From: Fibrobacteria bacterium
Lineage (GTDB): Bacteria; Fibrobacterota; Fibrobacteria; UBA11236
DNA length: 64,000 bases
Reading direction: 5' to 3'
Assembly: GCA_043745805.1 (NCBI GenBank)
Contig: JAYTSD010000008.1
Location: forward strand, 224,001 to 288,000
The notes under the pieces are model-generated. The model was not told the DNA's origin, did not search any database, and saw only the letters and a list, made by a program, of their open reading frames with translations. The translations under genes and the position numbers were made by a program. Within the stretch, counting starts at the first letter, position 1, and the number at the start of each line of letters is the position of its first letter. Shown here one piece after another: positions 47,825 to 57,655 of the stretch.

Positions 47825-49429
47825 TTACTTTTTCACCGCCTTTTTGGATGGAATGTTTTTACTCGGTAAAGCTTTTTCTGCGGATTTGGCCTTGGAATTT
47901 TCTTTAACGGACTCTTGAGAATCTTTACCTTGAGGTTTTGCTTCGGGCTTTGCCGCTTGATTTTGCAATTCTATTTCCAAAGCCTTGATAGCCGCATTGG
48001 AAGCTTGCAAGACACCTTCATCACTGTCCTGCGCCATTGAACGTAAATGTTCCATAGCCGTACTATCCCCTAATTTACCCAATGCCGAAGCCGATTCACG
48101 GCGAATCTGCGCATCCGAATCGTGCAAACATTTAATTAAGGTGGGAGTAAAAACCGAATCTTTAGTTTGCGCCATGATCATAAAAACCTGTGTACGTAAT
48201 GGAGATCCTCCATTGCTGTCTAAGGCTATTTGTTGCAAAACCGGAATACCACTTTTTCCAAGCTGCACTATGCGCGTCCCTATTTCACGAATTGCCGAAG
48301 GATCAAAGGCAGTATCCGAAGTTAATAAATGCTCCATATTCCTTAACAAATGTTTTACTTGTTCTTCAATACTCTTGGCTTTCGAAGATCCGGCCACTTG
48401 AATCGTGTCTAGTTGTTCAGTCAAATCGTCTACTCTTTTGCGTAACATGTCTACACGTCTATCAAACATCATTTGTTTCGCCGCAAACACACTGTCAATC
48501 ATTCGATGGTCACGATTAAGTTGCTCTAAATCCGTAACACGTTCCGGCCAAGTTTTTCTATTGGTATGTGGAATCCATCCATTAAATTGAATGGCGCACA
48601 TTACCCCAGGTGAATTGTATCCATTGCTCAAAGGCTTGGAGGATTTGTAAAAAAACCCCCATTCTCCACCCTGACGCACCCAAGATTGAAATTCTGTGAA
48701 ACCAAATTGAAAGGCCAAAACATTTTTTATGCGATATTGAAAACTTAAAATTTGATGAAAATCGGAGAAACGTTCAAATACCTCATAGCCCATATAGGTA
48801 TTCCGGCCCAAGCCTTGTTCTAATCCGGCCACGACACTGGCTAAATCCTTATTTGCACCGTCGAGAACAGACAAACCTAAATGTAACCGTGTCTGAGGCG
48901 TTACGCTTTTAGCTAGGGTAACATAACTTTCCGTGCGTAAAGTTTTTAAAGTTTTTTGTTCGGTAACCCCATAAAGTCGTGCTTCTTGGCTTCCCAAAAT
49001 ACTGCGCACTCCAAAAACCATATTTGGAAAATAAATATCTTCATGGATCAATAATGCTTTTAAGGAAAAGGAAAATTTATCTCCATATTGAAATCCAATT
49101 TCCCCACGACTTTGGACACCAAACAATAATTCAGAGGTATATGGGAATTGAGATGCAGTAGTGGTGTCAAGGGCCAATGTGTCAATATTTGACGAGGAAA
49201 AATATTGCAGCTTAGAAGACAATTGATATTGACCATGCCGCACAATATCCCCAGCCGGAATATACATCAAGGTATTTAATTGAGGGGCAATCTCATCCGC
49301 TCCTGCGAAAGCAAAGGCGCATAAGACGAAAAGACTTTTTTTAATCGTCTTGGATTTTAGATTCTTCGCGTAATAATTCCACTTCAGCAGCGCTAAGTGA
49401 ACGAAATTTTCCTTCAGGTAAGTGACCAA
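47825..49429 (-). CDS. Exported protein with beta-rich N-terminal region, coiled coil and HEAT/PBS repeats
   Basis: Signal-like KKSLFVLCAFAFAG; LIKCLHDSDAQIRRESASALGKLGD HEAT repeat; Lys/Ser/Glu-rich tail. Start uncertain. Confidence 0.7.
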   Translation of the reverse strand: MVTYLKENFVHLALLKWNYYAKNLKSKTIKKSLFVLCAFAFAGADEIAPQLNTLMYIPAGDIVRHGQYQLSSKLQYFSSSNIDTLALDTTTASQFPYTSELLFGVQSRGEIGFQYGDKFSFSLKALLIHEDIYFPNMVFGVRSILGSQEARLYGVTEQKTLKTLRTESYVTLAKSVTPQTRLHLGLSVLDGANKDLASVVAGLEQGLGRNTYMGYEVFERFSDFHQILSFQYRIKNVLAFQFGFTEFQSWVRQGGEWGFFYKSSKPLSNGYNSPGVMCAIQFNGWIPHTNRKTWPERVTDLEQLNRDHRMIDSVFAAKQMMFDRRVDMLRKRVDDLTEQLDTIQVAGSSKAKSIEEQVKHLLRNMEHLLTSDTAFDPSAIREIGTRIVQLGKSGIPVLQQIALDSNGGSPLRTQVFMIMAQTKDSVFTPTLIKCLHDSDAQIRRESASALGKLGDSTAMEHLRSMAQDSDEGVLQASNAAIKALEIELQNQAAKPEAKPQGKDSQESVKENSKAKSAEKALPSKNIPSKKAVKK

Positions 49430-50051
49430 GTTGTACTCCAGCGAAAGCGATTCGCTTTAAGTCTATCACTTTATGCCCAAAGACATCCAGCATTTTACGG
49501 ATTTCCCGGTTCTTTCCTTCTTTCAATGTGATCTCAATCCCATCTCCATTAGAACGAACCTTGAATGCTCTAACTATTACATCAGGTTCTATCTCAACTC
49601 CGGCTCTTAAGGCATCTCTTTCCGAAGCCATCAATGGCGTTTCCGTTTGCACTTGATACACTCGGGGAATTTCGAATTTTGGATGTAAAAGTTTATGTGT
49701 TAAATCACCATCATCCGTCAGTAAAATTAAGCCTCGGCTATTAAAGTCCAAACGACCCACATAATGCAAAGATTGCAATTCTTCAGGAAGGAGATCATAA
49801 ATTACGGGCTTTTCAAAAGGATCGCTACGGGAAGTAAGGTAACCGATTGGTTTATTTAAAATAATATAACGTAACTCCGAAGGTAACAAGGCCTTTTTAC
49901 CATCTACGCGAACATCTTCCCCATCCACCACACGCCTCGACAAATCCAGAATTTGTTTTCCCGCAATGGTGACACGACCTGCTACAATCAAACTTTCTAC
50001 GGCTCGGCGACTTCCCAAACCACATTGGGCCAAATACTTATTAAGCCGCAT
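49341..50051 (-). CDS. rRNA pseudouridine synthase, RsuA/RluB family
   Basis: MRLNKYLAQCGLGSRR (S4 domain), LNKPIG, VGRLDFNSRGL, EGKNREIRKM. Confidence 0.93.
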   Translation of the reverse strand: MRLNKYLAQCGLGSRRAVESLIVAGRVTIAGKQILDLSRRVVDGEDVRVDGKKALLPSELRYIILNKPIGYLTSRSDPFEKPVIYDLLPEELQSLHYVGRLDFNSRGLILLTDDGDLTHKLLHPKFEIPRVYQVQTETPLMASERDALRAGVEIEPDVIVRAFKVRSNGDGIEITLKEGKNREIRKMLDVFGHKVIDLKRIAFAGVQLGHLPEGKFRSLSAAEVELLREESKIQDD

Positions 50052-50931
50052 AGTGGGCCTCCTCGAGCAATCCATAGCGCAAACCGCGATCGGAAATGGT
50101 ACATTGTGAAAGTTGTAAAGAAATTAAAAATGCTTCGACTAAACAAAGCCCTGGCAAAATAATATCAACTCTTGAAGACTCTATACCGGGAAGCATTTTT
50201 ATTTCTTCCAAGGAAAGTGAAGCTAATTTTTGGATTTGATTTTGCAATTGCTCTAAAGAAATCACAAATCCTTCGATTTTGTCTCGATCAAAAACCGGCA
50301 TTGCCTCAATCAGCATTACCAAGGCAGTAACGGTTCCTCCCACAGCAATCAAGCGCGTGGGAATAGGCATATTGGGTATCGCTGCCGCTACGGTATCCTG
50401 CGCTTGCTTTTGTAATAACCCCAAATCCTTTCCGGCTTGTTCAAAAAGGCTAACGGCTCCTAAAGGAATAGATACGGATTGATTTTGACATTGCAATTCA
50501 CTACTGCCGCCGCCAATATCCAACATTCCCAATCGCTCCGCATTCGCATCTAAACGCGCATATGCATTTTGCACCGCTAAAAAAGCAATCTGGCTTTCGT
50601 GTTCTCCGGTTAAAATTCGACAAGGAAAATGCAACAATTCCTCAATATTTAAAGCCAAAGCTTTCCCATTTTTCGCTTGGCGAAAGGCCTGCGTGCCCGC
50701 AATTGCCACAAGCTCTGCATGATGTTCAACAATAGTTTTTTGAAAATCTTGAAGGGCTTGCATTAATGACGCAATGGAATCCTCAGAAATAATCCCGGTA
50801 ACTTTAAGATTACGACCTATTCTTGGCGTTGCTATTTTTTGCACGATAGGTTCAAAGCGTCCATTTTCATGATGCGCAATCAATAATAATGCCGACTGAG
50901 TTCCAATATCGATGGACGCAAATAATTGCAA
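50041..50931 (-). CDS. ppx: Ppx/GppA phosphatase family protein (single-domain)
   Basis: ASIDIGTQS, GTQAFRQAKN, ILTGEHE, LDIGGGSSE, GGTVT, GLRYG; TTG start. Confidence 0.88.
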   Translation of the reverse strand: MQLFASIDIGTQSALLLIAHHENGRFEPIVQKIATPRIGRNLKVTGIISEDSIASLMQALQDFQKTIVEHHAELVAIAGTQAFRQAKNGKALALNIEELLHFPCRILTGEHESQIAFLAVQNAYARLDANAERLGMLDIGGGSSELQCQNQSVSIPLGAVSLFEQAGKDLGLLQKQAQDTVAAAIPNMPIPTRLIAVGGTVTALVMLIEAMPVFDRDKIEGFVISLEQLQNQIQKLASLSLEEIKMLPGIESSRVDIILPGLCLVEAFLISLQLSQCTISDRGLRYGLLEEAHYAA

Positions 50932-51240
50932 TTAAATTCCTAATCTTTTGGCTAAAACTTTTTTCATTTCGCCAGGATTAATCAAAAATTCACGGGCAAT
51001 CCCTATGGCAGCTTCTACGGTATGTTCATCATAGGCTTTTGTCCAACGCTTAACCATTGCCCCTGTTTGCGATCCTATATCTCTTTTTTCCGCTAATTCA
51101 CGTGCCATGCCCAAAGCCAAACGAATGCCCAAGCCCGGCGCGACCTTAGCGGGGTCTTCATTAATTTCCAACATCGCATCGATGCGAATAATGCTTTTCT
51201 CTAATTCTTCGGGAGTTAAACCTTGGATTTCTTCGTCCAT
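50932..51240 (-). CDS. Hypothetical protein (102 aa, helical)
   Basis: AGGA RBS; packed in the same operon between the radical SAM and ppx genes. Confidence 0.65.
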   Translation of the reverse strand: MDEEIQGLTPEELEKSIIRIDAMLEINEDPAKVAPGLGIRLALGMARELAEKRDIGSQTGAMVKRWTKAYDEHTVEAAIGIAREFLINPGEMKKVLAKRLGI

Positions 51241-51275
51241 ATTATTTTCCTGCTAATACTTGTTTCTGTATTTTC

Positions 51276-53852
51276 TTAAACCTTCAAGACGGTGTCAGAG
51301 CTTGTAGTAAAACTCACCTTATAAATTCCCGTGCTACGTAACAAATCGGGTTCCGTTTGAAATAGCGCAGCATACACCGCATAAGGGCTTATGGAAGACC
51401 CACTGGGATGCGTAATAGCTTTCATAAAAAGCTCTTCGCCTTCCATCCACATTGCTGAAACTTCCCCAGCTAATTCAATATCCTTATCCCGATGATGAAT
51501 AACCGCAGGCATCTCGCCACGAACATACCGTTGATAAGCATCTTGCAAAGAAATGTCTTTATTTATTCCTGAGCTATAAACCACAGTGTCCACATAAGGC
51601 ATACGATTATTCGGCAAAGCTTCGCATTCCATAACCGACATGCCTTCCGGTAACATATCCGTTAACTTAAGGCAAAACTCTGAAGCAGTAAATGCCGGTG
51701 CTTCACGAAATACGGCAATCAACATTTCTCTTTGACTGGCCATCCCTAAGGGCAAGGCACCGGTGTTTTTTAAAATAGGGCGACGGCTAAAACCACTGCT
51801 ATGCTTAAGCTTCAAGCCTAAACGTCGAAAACCTTTTTCGAAAAGCTCCAAGGTCGCTTGATGCGCAATGAACTTGGATAAACCCGTTTTGGCATAAATA
51901 ATTTTAAAAGGGAATTGTCCTGCCTGACGATCCTGTCTTTCTTTGGCCAAAGCACGAATGCTTTCAATATCTCTATTCGGGGCGGCATGTTTTTCAGGCA
52001 TCGGCGAAAGTTGCGTATCCGCTCCATTACCGGGTATACCGCACTTTTGACAATCGCCCCATTTGCAATCAGGAATTGGTGCGGCATCCTCTAGGAACAT
52101 TTTTTTGTATTCCAGTTTCAAAAAACCTTTGTTTGCACCCGCGTGAATAAAATCCCATGGAAAAATTTCCGTTAATTCTCGCTCCTGAAATACTTCTTCA
52201 ATAGGATAATTATTTTCCGCCCAAATTTTACGCCAACCTTCAAGTGTAAAATGTTCCGAAAAGGATTCAAAAATTTGTCCGCTTTTATAAGCCTTATAAA
52301 TCAAATCTGAAAGAGAACGATCACCACGCGAATAAAAACTTTCAACTAAAGAAATTCCATAATCTGCCCACGTAATACGAATGTTACGGTTCCAACGAAA
52401 ATACTCACGCACATAGCGAATATGTTCCATCACCTTTGCTTCAGGCATAAAACCCACCCATTGCATTGGCGTAAATGGTTTTGGAACTAAAATACCAATA
52501 TTGGCATGCACGGTATTCTTGCGACCATATTTTTGACCGATCTTATAAAGATTTTCAATTAAACCACAAAAGGCCTGCATATCATCCAGGTTTTCTGTGG
52601 GTAAACCCACCATAGTATAAAGTTTAATATTATGAAAACCATTTTTAAAAACACCTTCGGCGGCATCATACATATCTTGATCACTAATAGTTTTATTAAT
52701 GATTTTACGCAAACGTTCGGATCCAGTTTCGGGAGCAAAGGTAGCGCTCTTGCTACCTCCCATGGCCGCTACTTTTTGAGCAAGCCCTTGACCAAAACTA
52801 TTGGCACGCAAGGATGGCAAGGATAAATCGACTTCTTCAAATTCATCGCGATTGATTAAAGCATCCACTACTTTTTCTACCGGACCATAATCTGCCGTAG
52901 ACAGGGACAATAGTCCTAATTCATTTTCACCTGTTGCGGCCAAGCCTTGTATAGCTAAATCAACTACATCATCCGCTTTAAGTTCGCGATTAGGTCTATA
53001 CCAATAACCTGCCTGACAAAAACGACAACCTTGCGTACAACCACGCATCACTTCCACAGAAAAACGATTATGCACTAATTTCATATGGGGGATTAAATTT
53101 CGAATCGGATAATCGTCACGATTTAAAACTTCTACCCAAGCGCGCTGAATACCTTTCGCACGAATATAAGGCCCCTGCGATCCATCAAAAGAAGGAACCC
53201 ATTGCCCCTTAGGACTTTGTCTCATTTCCAAAAATTGCGGCACATAAATACCTTTAAGCACTGTTAATTTTTGTAGAATAGCTTCTTTGGAAAGTCCTTC
53301 CATACGACCTTCGCCGATAAGTCGCAAAATTTGCGGCGCCAAAATTTCGCCATCTCCAATTACAAAAAAATCGAAAAAATCAGCGACTGGTTCAGGATTC
53401 GCCATACAAGGGCCACCGCCAATAATAAAAGGATCAGCTTCGGATCGATCCTTACGAAAAGCTTTTAAACCAGACAACTCTAATAAGAAAGGAATATTGG
53501 TGTAATTAAGTTCGGTTTGCAAAGAAAATCCCACCGCCGAAAAAGACGACACGGGACGGTAACTTTCCAAAGTATATAAAGGAATTCCTTTAGCCATCAT
53601 TTGCTCAGCCATATCTGGCATGGGTGCAAAGGCACGCTCCGCGGCTAAATCCACTTCGCGATTTAAAACATGATATAAAACTTTAGTGCCGTTATGCGAC
53701 ATTCCAAGTTCATACGCATCAGGAAAAACCAAAGCCATTGAAGCCAAGATTTTTTCAGGGGCTTTCACCACTTGATTTGCTTCCCCGCCAATATAACGCC
53801 CGGGATTACGGACATAAGGGAGGATTTTTTCCAATGTTTCTGGGATATTCAT
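51276..53852 (-). CDS. TIGR03960-type radical SAM protein fused to a TIGR03936-type domain
   Basis: PGRYIGGE, FPDAYELGMS, GGGPC..NPEP, RGCTQGCRFCQAG (CxxxCxxC), APETGSERLR; C-terminal YAKTGLSKFIAH...ALPLG. Confidence 0.88.
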   Translation of the reverse strand: MNIPETLEKILPYVRNPGRYIGGEANQVVKAPEKILASMALVFPDAYELGMSHNGTKVLYHVLNREVDLAAERAFAPMPDMAEQMMAKGIPLYTLESYRPVSSFSAVGFSLQTELNYTNIPFLLELSGLKAFRKDRSEADPFIIGGGPCMANPEPVADFFDFFVIGDGEILAPQILRLIGEGRMEGLSKEAILQKLTVLKGIYVPQFLEMRQSPKGQWVPSFDGSQGPYIRAKGIQRAWVEVLNRDDYPIRNLIPHMKLVHNRFSVEVMRGCTQGCRFCQAGYWYRPNRELKADDVVDLAIQGLAATGENELGLLSLSTADYGPVEKVVDALINRDEFEEVDLSLPSLRANSFGQGLAQKVAAMGGSKSATFAPETGSERLRKIINKTISDQDMYDAAEGVFKNGFHNIKLYTMVGLPTENLDDMQAFCGLIENLYKIGQKYGRKNTVHANIGILVPKPFTPMQWVGFMPEAKVMEHIRYVREYFRWNRNIRITWADYGISLVESFYSRGDRSLSDLIYKAYKSGQIFESFSEHFTLEGWRKIWAENNYPIEEVFQERELTEIFPWDFIHAGANKGFLKLEYKKMFLEDAAPIPDCKWGDCQKCGIPGNGADTQLSPMPEKHAAPNRDIESIRALAKERQDRQAGQFPFKIIYAKTGLSKFIAHQATLELFEKGFRRLGLKLKHSSGFSRRPILKNTGALPLGMASQREMLIAVFREAPAFTASEFCLKLTDMLPEGMSVMECEALPNNRMPYVDTVVYSSGINKDISLQDAYQRYVRGEMPAVIHHRDKDIELAGEVSAMWMEGEELFMKAITHPSGSSISPYAVYAALFQTEPDLLRSTGIYKVSFTTSSDTVLKV

Positions 53853-53899
53853 AAGCCACTCTAGTGGTGAAAGGGGCCGCTAATATAGCTTTCTTCCGC

Positions 53900-53927
53900 T
53901 TGAAATGGAATGCGCCGCTAGTATAAT
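53900..53927 (+). promoter_or_regulatory. Sigma70-like promoter for the ferredoxin-GGR operon
   Basis: TTGAAA-16 nt-TATAAT about 100 bp upstream of the ferredoxin start. Confidence 0.55.
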
Positions 53928-54024
53928 AAGGTGTTCAATAGGATCATGGGGGTCCGTAATTAGTGGGCGGGACGCTTTTTTAAAATTTGTTACTTTATGT
54001 CCTTCATTTTAAAAGCTAAAGAAG

Positions 54025-54225
54025 TTGAAAACTCAAAATAAAACCCTTTTACTCGATGAGAACAAATGCATTTCTTGCGCAGGCTGTGTAGGAACTTGCC
54101 CTGATTTTGCTCTCGAAATGTTTGGCGTCAACCTGCAAGTTTTTAACGATAAGTGTACCTATTGCACCATTTGTGTTCGTTTTTGTCCCGTCGGAGCGCT
54201 TTCCATTGAAAAGAAAAAAATATGA
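54025..54225 (+). CDS. 2[4Fe-4S] dicluster ferredoxin
   Basis: CISCAGCVGTCP and CTYCTICVRFCP. Confidence 0.92.
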   Translation: MKTQNKTLLLDENKCISCAGCVGTCPDFALEMFGVNLQVFNDKCTYCTICVRFCPVGALSIEKKKI

Positions 54226-55402
54226 TGTAGTGGTGATAGGCGCCGGACCCGCTGGCAGCCTATGCGCGCGTAATTTAGCCCGCAAAGGTTACACTGTATT
54301 ATTGGTAGAAAAAAGACCAGTAGTCGGTGTTCCTGTTCGCTGTGGCGAGGCAACCGGTCCACGCAAAAGACTTTCCGATTTTACTCCCCTTAATGAAGAT
54401 TTTATTGAAACCGATATTCATGGTGTAGTTTTGCATGGACCTGGTGATATTAGCATCAAATATGATAAACCGAATATTGGTTTAATGTTGGATAGAAGTT
54501 TATTTGATCAAGATTTAGCCAAACAAGCCGAAGCCGCTGGGGCTGAAGTATGCGTCGATGCACGCGTAGCGGATGTCAAAACAGTAGTGAATGAAACCCG
54601 TGAGTTACGTATTGTTTATTTGGGTCAAGAAGTAAGTATTGAAGCCTCTATGGTGATTGGCGCCGATGGCGCAGAGGCCTTAAGTGGCCGTTGGGTGGGC
54701 TTAAAATCACGTCAACTCCCTCCGCATGTATGTTCTGCCATTGAATTTCGCTTAGAGGGCGAAGATATAAATCCCCATCATCTTACTTTTTGGCAAGGTC
54801 ATGAAATTTTAAATCGCGGTTATATATGGGTTTTTCCCAAAGTAAAATCCAAGGTGATTAATTTGGGGGCAGGAATTATCACACCCAAGCTTGGCGAAAA
54901 AAATATGTACGATTTGACTATGGAATTCAAAGAAAAGTTTTTCCCTAATGCTAAACTTTTAGATGTGCATGGCGGAGCCGTTCCTGTCAGTGGCACTTTA
55001 GAAGATTATGTAGACGATCGTTTTTTGCTTGCGGGTGATTCCGCACATCATACCAATCCCATGACAGGTGGCGGTATTATGGCTGCGCTTTGTGCGGCGG
55101 ACTTCGCCTCTACTTGGGTGGATAAAGCTTTTAAAGCCGGCGATTTTTCTAAATCCTATTTAAAGCAATATGAGCAAGCGGCATGGAATCGTTTTGGACG
55201 TAATCATGAACGTGAAAAGAAAATTCGCGATTTCATTTTAGGGCTGAATACCTCCAGCCAAATTCAATTCTATAAAGTCTTTAAAGACATGGCCGCCACG
55301 GATTTTAAAGGTACCACCAAGTATGTTGGCTATGCGCGCCTAGTGGGTTTAGCGGCCCAAAACTGGGGACTATTTCGTAAGTCTTTTTTTAGTGGGAAAT
55401 AA
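54206..55402 (+). CDS. Geranylgeranyl reductase family flavoprotein (DGGR-like)
   Basis: YDVVVIGAGPAG, PVRCGE, IGADG, GYIWVFPK, GGAVPVSG, AGDSAHHTNPMTGGGI; TTG 54206 with GGAG RBS overlaps the ferredoxin end. Confidence 0.88.
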   Translation: MKRKKYDVVVIGAGPAGSLCARNLARKGYTVLLVEKRPVVGVPVRCGEATGPRKRLSDFTPLNEDFIETDIHGVVLHGPGDISIKYDKPNIGLMLDRSLFDQDLAKQAEAAGAEVCVDARVADVKTVVNETRELRIVYLGQEVSIEASMVIGADGAEALSGRWVGLKSRQLPPHVCSAIEFRLEGEDINPHHLTFWQGHEILNRGYIWVFPKVKSKVINLGAGIITPKLGEKNMYDLTMEFKEKFFPNAKLLDVHGGAVPVSGTLEDYVDDRFLLAGDSAHHTNPMTGGGIMAALCAADFASTWVDKAFKAGDFSKSYLKQYEQAAWNRFGRNHEREKKIRDFILGLNTSSQIQFYKVFKDMAATDFKGTTKYVGYARLVGLAAQNWGLFRKSFFSGK

Positions 55403-56447
55403 TTTGCACATAATTTTCTCCTAATACTTTTCGTAAGGACGAGTAGGTGGTGGAGAATTCCGAGGTAACTTGTAAATTTTCGCAAGCGCCACTTGCTTTA
55501 TGACAAATCACTTCTGCCCCACAGCTTAAAGCTTCCATAATGACTCGACCAAAAGGTTCCGGTTCAACAGTACAATGTAAAAGTAAATTAGTTTGCTCTA
55601 ATAAACCTTGTACAGTTGTAGCTTGTAGGTTACCCTCATCCATAGGCGAAATAAGGGAAATAGGTGAAGGAATTTCACCCCAATATTTTACTTGCTGCTC
55701 TAATCCTAATTGCGTGCGCAAGGCCAATAACTCGGATTTGTATTCCGTATATTTTTTTCCCGGATAAATCACATCACCTATCATCCAAAATTCAGCTTGT
55801 ACTCCAGCATCCAATAAAGCACGCGCGGCATGAAGAAACATTTTTTGGCCTTTATAAGGCGCATAATAAGCTAAATGGGTAACAATAAGGTTACCATGTT
55901 TTTTTTGTTGCGGTTGCGGGTCACGCTGCCATTGAATAAGGGGATAAATCACTTCCGCATGGGTATAATCTTTGGCCACTAATCGGCTATTGACTTGCAC
56001 TTTAGCCCCAAACAAAGCAATTACCCGACTCAGTACACGTCGCAATCCTAAGGGCCGAATAAAATCTCGAATATCAAAAATCAATTTCTCTCTCAATATG
56101 GGCAATAAGCTAAGCAAGGTAATATGACTTTTTATGCCCGAGGAGATTAAGCTTGCATGTGCAGGTATTTTTTTATAAAGTCGAAAAGCATAAAGCAAAA
56201 AACCGAATAATATCAAAGGGTAAAGCGGCCATTGCCAAAACCATTGTCGTTGCGTAAAAAAATTTAAACCGCAAGGCCAACGCAATATTAAGTAAGCACA
56301 TTTTTGTTTTTGTAATTCTGAGGCAAGCCCACCGGTGGCAGGTAAAATAAAAAGCAGATTTTCTTTGGGGAATCGAGAAAGGAGAGATAGCAATAAACTT
56401 TTTTCGGCCCCTCCCAATTGCTTACCCGAGCAATGAATAATAAGCAT
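55389..56447 (-). CDS. GT4 family glycosyltransferase
   Basis: GGAEKS, APYKGQ, EPEPFGRVIMEALSCG; short C-terminus. Confidence 0.8.
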   Translation of the reverse strand: MLIIHCSGKQLGGAEKSLLLSLLSRFPKENLLFILPATGGLASELQKQKCAYLILRWPCGLNFFTQRQWFWQWPLYPLILFGFLLYAFRLYKKIPAHASLISSGIKSHITLLSLLPILREKLIFDIRDFIRPLGLRRVLSRVIALFGAKVQVNSRLVAKDYTHAEVIYPLIQWQRDPQPQQKKHGNLIVTHLAYYAPYKGQKMFLHAARALLDAGVQAEFWMIGDVIYPGKKYTEYKSELLALRTQLGLEQQVKYWGEIPSPISLISPMDEGNLQATTVQGLLEQTNLLLHCTVEPEPFGRVIMEALSCGAEVICHKASGACENLQVTSEFSTTYSSLRKVLGENYVQIISH

Positions 56448-56470
56448 AAACGGCTTATCCAAAAAATAAG

Positions 56471-57655
56471 CTATATGATTTGACGAGGGCCACGCAAATC
56501 AATACCATTTTTCCAGATATAGTTAATGCGCATTAACCATTCACGCTCCGCTTCAGAAAGATCTTCTAAATGAGCATCCTGATAAATAGTTTCCACTTTT
56601 TTCATAATATCTCGTCCTAATATGGTTTTGCTCAATAGCATATTTAGGACAATACAAAAATAATAAGTCTGCACTAAAACAGATCGGGGAGCCTCCTTAT
56701 GCTTGAGTTGATTTTCAAAACTCATCATGGCTTCCTTATAATATTTTTCCCCACTCGGGTGATTTAAAGCACCAAGAAAAGTGGTGTAAACACCAGTCTG
56801 GCAATAAGCGCCTATTTTCCCCGCCAAAATAAGTCCATTACTACACTTTTCCGCGAGGATTAAAGAACTTATAACAGTGTCCCGATCACGATAGGGCAGA
56901 TCAAATCGTGGATCTATGTCTAAGGATTCACTCAGTAATTTTTTTCGAAAGGAAATGGAACGAGCCAATATTTTTTTTGATTCTTCACTATAGGGATAGG
57001 CTGATTCTTTTTTAGGCGCAAAATCCATTGGATCAGCTGAAGCAAAAAAACAATAGGGACAAACCGAAACCCAAGTTTTCATTAAATCAAATTCATCATA
57101 TTCATTTTGTGGATGAAAAATGGGAAAGGGTCCTTTACTCCAATCCTCAATCAGACCATTTGCTATGGGTATGAAAACATTGACTGGATCGTAACCGCAA
57201 ATAAAGCATATTTTTTTTACCAATTTTATGGGATATTTTTTCCCAGTTGCGCGATTCTCTAATATAGTACCTTGCGAGTCACTGGTAGTTTTGGATATGG
57301 AGCGTCTTAAAGTTTCAATTAATAAGGTATAGTCAATCGGCTTGGCTAGTATGGCATCTATATCATATTCAGCTAAATCTTTTTCCACTGCGGCAATGGG
57401 ACGTGCGGTAACTACTATCACGCGTGTCCATTTATCTTCACTACGTAAAAAGCGTGCTACCTCAAAACCACTGACTTTTGGCATCACCAAATCGAGGACT
57501 ATTGCCGCAAATTTTCGGCCTTTTTTAAGGAATTGAATAGCTTCTTGCCCATCATAGGCTATTTCTATTTCAAAATGAGGAGATAATTGCTTTTCCAATA
57601 TCTTGGTGAGCACCAAGGAATCTTCCACAATTAGAATTTTAGACTTATCCGGCAA
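56471..57655 (-). CDS. Response regulator fused to a DUF2225-like Zn-ribbon/helical domain
   Basis: REC motifs IVEDS, LDLVMP, VTA, KP; CFIC and VSVCPYCFFAS followed by TPR-like helices; TTG start. Confidence 0.78.
   Translation of the reverse strand: MPDKSKILIVEDSLVLTKILEKQLSPHFEIEIAYDGQEAIQFLKKGRKFAAIVLDLVMPKVSGFEVARFLRSEDKWTRVIVVTARPIAAVEKDLAEYDIDAILAKPIDYTLLIETLRRSISKTTSDSQGTILENRATGKKYPIKLVKKICFICGYDPVNVFIPIANGLIEDWSKGPFPIFHPQNEYDEFDLMKTWVSVCPYCFFASADPMDFAPKKESAYPYSEESKKILARSISFRKKLLSESLDIDPRFDLPYRDRDTVISSLILAEKCSNGLILAGKIGAYCQTGVYTTFLGALNHPSGEKYYKEAMMSFENQLKHKEAPRSVLVQTYYFCIVLNMLLSKTILGRDIMKKVETIYQDAHLEDLSEAEREWLMRINYIWKNGIDLRGPRQII

Noticed and set aside
53940-53985. GC-rich leader with a weak hairpin and T run before the ferredoxin (possible attenuator or riboswitch)
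   Set aside because: Pairing is irregular and I recognise no riboswitch consensus; it would need folding and an Rfam scan.
54107-54205. N-terminal extension of the GGR ORF
   Set aside because: It is an alternate frame of the ferredoxin gene; TTG 54206 with a GGAG RBS fits the FAD-binding motif position.
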